The notes under the pieces were generated by a model. It was given only the letters and a program-made list of their open reading frames with translations, did no database searches and was not told where the DNA came from. A program made the translations under genes and the position numbers. Below are positions 33,570-36,047 of a stretch of DNA of 36,047 nt, in pieces; position 1 is the first letter of the stretch, and each line of letters opens with the position of its first letter. Origin of the DNA: a virus; IMG/VR virus record IMGVR_UViG_2811994897_000004; one strand, 5' to 3'.

Positions 33570-33755
33570 TTACAATAACATTTGAATATCATTCGGTGTA
33601 ATCGTGCTATTGTTCTCAAAACAATTGAGCAATCGACTGTATAAAGCATACGATATGCTAAAATCTCCGCTCCAACTATACACATATACCACCTTATCAT
33701 CTAATGTAAATGTTTCTGTTCCGTCACTGTTTACTTTGTGATTGGTTACTCTCAT
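33570..33755 (-). CDS. Hypothetical 61-aa protein
   Basis: Preferred start is ATG 33755 (MRVTNHKVNSDG...) behind AAGGAGG. Overlaps the ATPase gene's 3' end. Confidence 0.55.
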   Translation of the reverse strand: MRVTNHKVNSDGTETFTLDDKVVYVYSWSGDFSISYALYSRLLNCFENNSTITPNDIQMLL

Positions 33756-34410
33756 TGACAACCTCCTTTTCACGATACTTAACCGCCTTCCAAAATTTCC
33801 CATTCGGTGTCCATTGTTGCTTATTTACACGGTTCTTAGCGACACCGTCTAAGCTAGGCTGCAATGCTACTTTATATTCACCGTCAACATACGTACGACC
33901 AACAACGTTCGCATAACCAGCAACCGAGTTAAACGCATTATCATTCATCGCCGGTTTTTCAAATCCGTTGTCGATTTTACTCCACATTGTAAACAGAACA
34001 TCGCCGTTAAACGTTGTTGCCCAGCGCACAATCTTACGCAAAATCTTTTGTGTTGCGCCATAAGCAGCCATACCGTTTTTGTTGTTTCCAGCCTTGCCAT
34101 CAGTCATATCATCAACGATTGTTTGTTCAAGCGCAGAAATGTTATCAAACACCACTAAATCGTAATTTTTAGCAATCTTTTCAATTTCTGACAAGAACTT
34201 TTCTGTTTCAATCAATTCTTTTGATTCAAAACTGGCAACAACTGTTAAGTTATCATCGCGCTTCAACGTTGAATAACTATCATCAAACGATAAAACCAAA
34301 CGTTTTCCTTCATAACTATTGACAAGTGAAGTCTTACCGGTTCCCACCTGGCCTAGCACAACATAAACACTGGCATCGTTATCTAATTCATTACTTTTCA
34401 AAATCTTCAT
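33724..34410 (-). CDS. P-loop ATPase (phage nucleotide-binding / Sak4-like)
   Basis: 228 aa. Walker A GQVGTGKTS and Walker B LVVFDNIS. Confidence 0.75.
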   Translation of the reverse strand: MKILKSNELDNDASVYVVLGQVGTGKTSLVNSYEGKRLVLSFDDSYSTLKRDDNLTVVASFESKELIETEKFLSEIEKIAKNYDLVVFDNISALEQTIVDDMTDGKAGNNKNGMAAYGATQKILRKIVRWATTFNGDVLFTMWSKIDNGFEKPAMNDNAFNSVAGYANVVGRTYVDGEYKVALQPSLDGVAKNRVNKQQWTPNGKFWKAVKYREKEVVNESNQSQSKQ

Positions 34411-34708
34411 CGTTTAGTTCCTGCTTTCTTAAAATATTAAGTTCATGTAATTTTCCGATACTATCTTGATAAAATGATTCAATATCTTCACGCCTTGTTA
34501 AGTTAAAGTCTTTAACCGCTTTATCAATAATTGTTTTAAACAAAAACGCATTTAAAAGAGTTGCTTGTGATCGTGATATATTTTTTAGCTTGCTTTCACC
34601 GCGATAAATCTTTCCTTCAGTTTCAACATTTTTAAATAAATATCCATCTTCTGAAACATTTGCACCAACCGTTGCTTCAACTTTAATAACCAAATCTTTA
34701 TCTTTCAC
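34391..34708 (-). CDS. Hypothetical protein
   Basis: ORF 34391-34753. The preferred start is GTG 34708 behind GGAGGTGG, with GTGA overlap with the upstream stop. Confidence 0.55.
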   Translation of the reverse strand: MKDKDLVIKVEATVGANVSEDGYLFKNVETEGKIYRGESKLKNISRSQATLLNAFLFKTIIDKAVKDFNLTRREDIESFYQDSIGKLHELNILRKQELNDEDFEK

Positions 34709-34887
34709 AATACCACCTCCTGCTTCACGATATTGTATCCTTTTTCCTTCCAATCCTTGCCATGACGCTTAGCCATTAATGATTCAGCATAGGCAAGATT
34801 AGATGTAATACCAAGATAAGTCGAGCTAACCGTTTCAGCGTTCCACTTAAGCATCACATAAACATCTTTTGTTTCTACCTTATACAT
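34705..34887 (-). CDS. Hypothetical 60-aa protein
   Basis: ORF 34705-35007. The preferred start is ATG 34887 (MYKVETKDVYV...) behind GAGGGG, just after the nuclease stop. Confidence 0.55.
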   Translation of the reverse strand: MYKVETKDVYVMLKWNAETVSSTYLGITSNLAYAESLMAKRHGKDWKEKGYNIVKQEVVL

Positions 34888-34888
34888 T

Positions 34889-35653
34889 TTAATACCCCTC
34901 GACTTCAAATGGTTTGTTCTCATAATACCAATCAGATTTGTCATTAATGATTTCAGGTGTCTTTTTACCTGATTCATATTGCTTAATATCATTGAGCGCA
35001 TTATCAACTAAATCTGTCAATTCAAAGTTACTCAAAACATTCGTCATATCAACCACACGTGTTCGCGGTTTGTCTGATTTGGTTGCTGCAATCACGAAGT
35101 AACGCCAATCATCTGATTCTGTTATTTCTTTAATGGCATACAAGTAAATAAACGCTTGAATATCATAATGTGTTGAGTGAATCCAACTCGTATATGTGCC
35201 GTCTCGATCAGACCAAGCCTTATCGAAGTCCGTTCTTGGTGAAACCGTTTTCCAATCAATGATGATTTTGTTATCATAATCAATGAAATCAAATCTACCG
35301 TTAAATATATCTGTTTCAAATGGTACTTCTGCTTCAAACGTTTCAACCAAACCCAATCCAAAAGATTTATATAAATTATCTAAAGCGTCTAACATCGATT
35401 GTTTAACTAGTTCAATATTTGTAAACGCCGCCTTTAATCCACGTTCCTCATCGCCGTACTTATAAGCAATCTTTTTTTCATCATCAGATAATTCAGTGTC
35501 GATTCCTGCCATTTGATTATGCAAGATGCGTCCATAAACCAACGCTTCTTGGTTGTCGATTGGATAGGCTGTATCGTCATGATTTACGTAATGCGCATAA
35601 GCTCTAGCGGGATTTTCAATATAACGGCTTAGTTTCGTGTAACTGACTGCCAT
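34889..35653 (-). CDS. PD-(D/E)XK (RecB/Cas4-like) exonuclease
   Basis: 254 aa. GRFDFIDYDNKIIIDWKT provides the D...D/ExK core, followed by a QxxxY-like motif (DIQAFIYLY). No C-terminal Cys cluster. Confidence 0.7.
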   Translation of the reverse strand: MAVSYTKLSRYIENPARAYAHYVNHDDTAYPIDNQEALVYGRILHNQMAGIDTELSDDEKKIAYKYGDEERGLKAAFTNIELVKQSMLDALDNLYKSFGLGLVETFEAEVPFETDIFNGRFDFIDYDNKIIIDWKTVSPRTDFDKAWSDRDGTYTSWIHSTHYDIQAFIYLYAIKEITESDDWRYFVIAATKSDKPRTRVVDMTNVLSNFELTDLVDNALNDIKQYESGKKTPEIINDKSDWYYENKPFEVEGY

Positions 35654-35683
35654 GTTTGTTTCCTCTTTTCTTTTGATGAACTA

Positions 35684-35733
35684 ATCATAATGCAAAGTAA
35701 AACAATAAACAATGTGCTTAATACTTTCTTAAC
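35684..35733 (-). promoter_or_regulatory. TTAAG-type promoter cassette
   Basis: GTTAAGAAAGTATTAAG (35717-35733), 4 nt, -35 TTGTTT, 17 nt, -10 TATGAT (35684-35689). Confidence 0.55.
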
Positions 35734-35735
35734 AT

Positions 35736-36047
35736 TTAAGAATTTAACTTTGCATTAAAGTTTATTTTGTGATTCAAAGCATCAATAATTTTATCATCAA
35801 TCGTACCGTTGACAATTAAGTAATCACGTGTCACTTTTTTCGTTTGATTGATACGATAGTTGCGATATTTTGATTGATCGAAGTCAGTGTATGAATAAGG
35901 CAAACTATACCAAATTGCATGTTGATATTCATTCAGTGTCAATCCAGCGCCACCTGCTTGTATTTGCACTAATAGCGCCCTTTTTTTATGATTAACATGT
36001 TTGCTACCATTAATCTCTCCAGCGTCTTTAAACACTGTTTTAAGCGC
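35736..36047 (-). CDS. SNF2/DEAH-type helicase, C-terminal part (continuous with 1-978 on the circle; whole gene 382 aa)
   Basis: ...ALLVQIQAGGAGLTLNEYQHAIWYSLPYSYTDFDQSKYRNYRINQTKKV... is a helicase-C motif V/VI region. The frame stays open to the window end and in phase with 1-978. Confidence 0.85.
   Translation of the reverse strand, partial: ALKTVFKDAGEINGSKHVNHKKRALLVQIQAGGAGLTLNEYQHAIWYSLPYSYTDFDQSKYRNYRINQTKKVTRDYLIVNGTIDDKIIDALNHKINFNAKLNS
35907..36047. repeat. Terminal overlap, identical to 1-141
   Basis: Direct comparison of both ends. Confidence 0.95.

Noticed and set aside
34705-35007. ORF-track N-terminal extensions that overlap upstream genes by 30-120 nt (34705-35007, 33570-33803, 26940-27203, 25754-25987, 5259-5720, 24176-25519).
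   Set aside because: Each has an internal ATG or GTG with a good SD placed at or just after the upstream stop. The extensions lack SDs and overlap real coding sequence.

Overview
The window is a complete, circularly closed tailed-phage genome. It is siphovirus-like, with low-GC Firmicutes or Lactobacillales-type AAGGAGG ribosome-binding sites. Bases 1-141 are identical to 35907-36047, so the unique length is 35,906 bp, and an SNF2-type helicase gene is split by the window edge. Every credible gene lies on the minus strand.

Gene order in the direction of transcription:
- Control region A (3980-4378).
- Small early genes: an acidic peptide, a Dam-type N6-adenine methyltransferase, three small HTH proteins, a DUF3310-like protein, a VRR-NUC nuclease and the SNF2 helicase.
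- Recombination and replication genes: a PD-(D/E)XK nuclease, a P-loop ATPase, a DUF669-like protein, membrane proteins and a primase-helicase.
- Control region B (28596-29041).
- An HTH-metallophosphoesterase and small membrane or exported proteins.
- Packaging and morphogenesis genes: TerS, TerL, portal, MuF-like protein, scaffold, major capsid (with an Ig-like extension ORF in the +1 frame), connectors, major tail protein, G/GT chaperones, tape measure, Dit, Tal and the receptor-binding fibre.
- Two holin-like proteins and a GH25 endolysin, followed by a strong terminator.

I recognised no integrase, repressor, tRNA or CRISPR array.

The most unusual content is non-coding:
1. A ~315-nt GC-rich, hairpin-dense locus with its own promoter and terminator lies between terL and the portal gene.
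2. A structured ~155-nt promoter-to-terminator unit ends immediately before a terL start codon that has no Shine-Dalgarno.
3. A dispersed promoter cassette carries a TTAAG-N6-TTAAG direct repeat at fixed phasing upstream of five -10 boxes.
4. Two ~230-bp homologous control regions packed with AATTAGA iterons lie in inverted orientation. They bracket the late module, and one is predicted to fire against the end of the late operon.

All functional calls rest on motif recognition by eye. No database search was possible.
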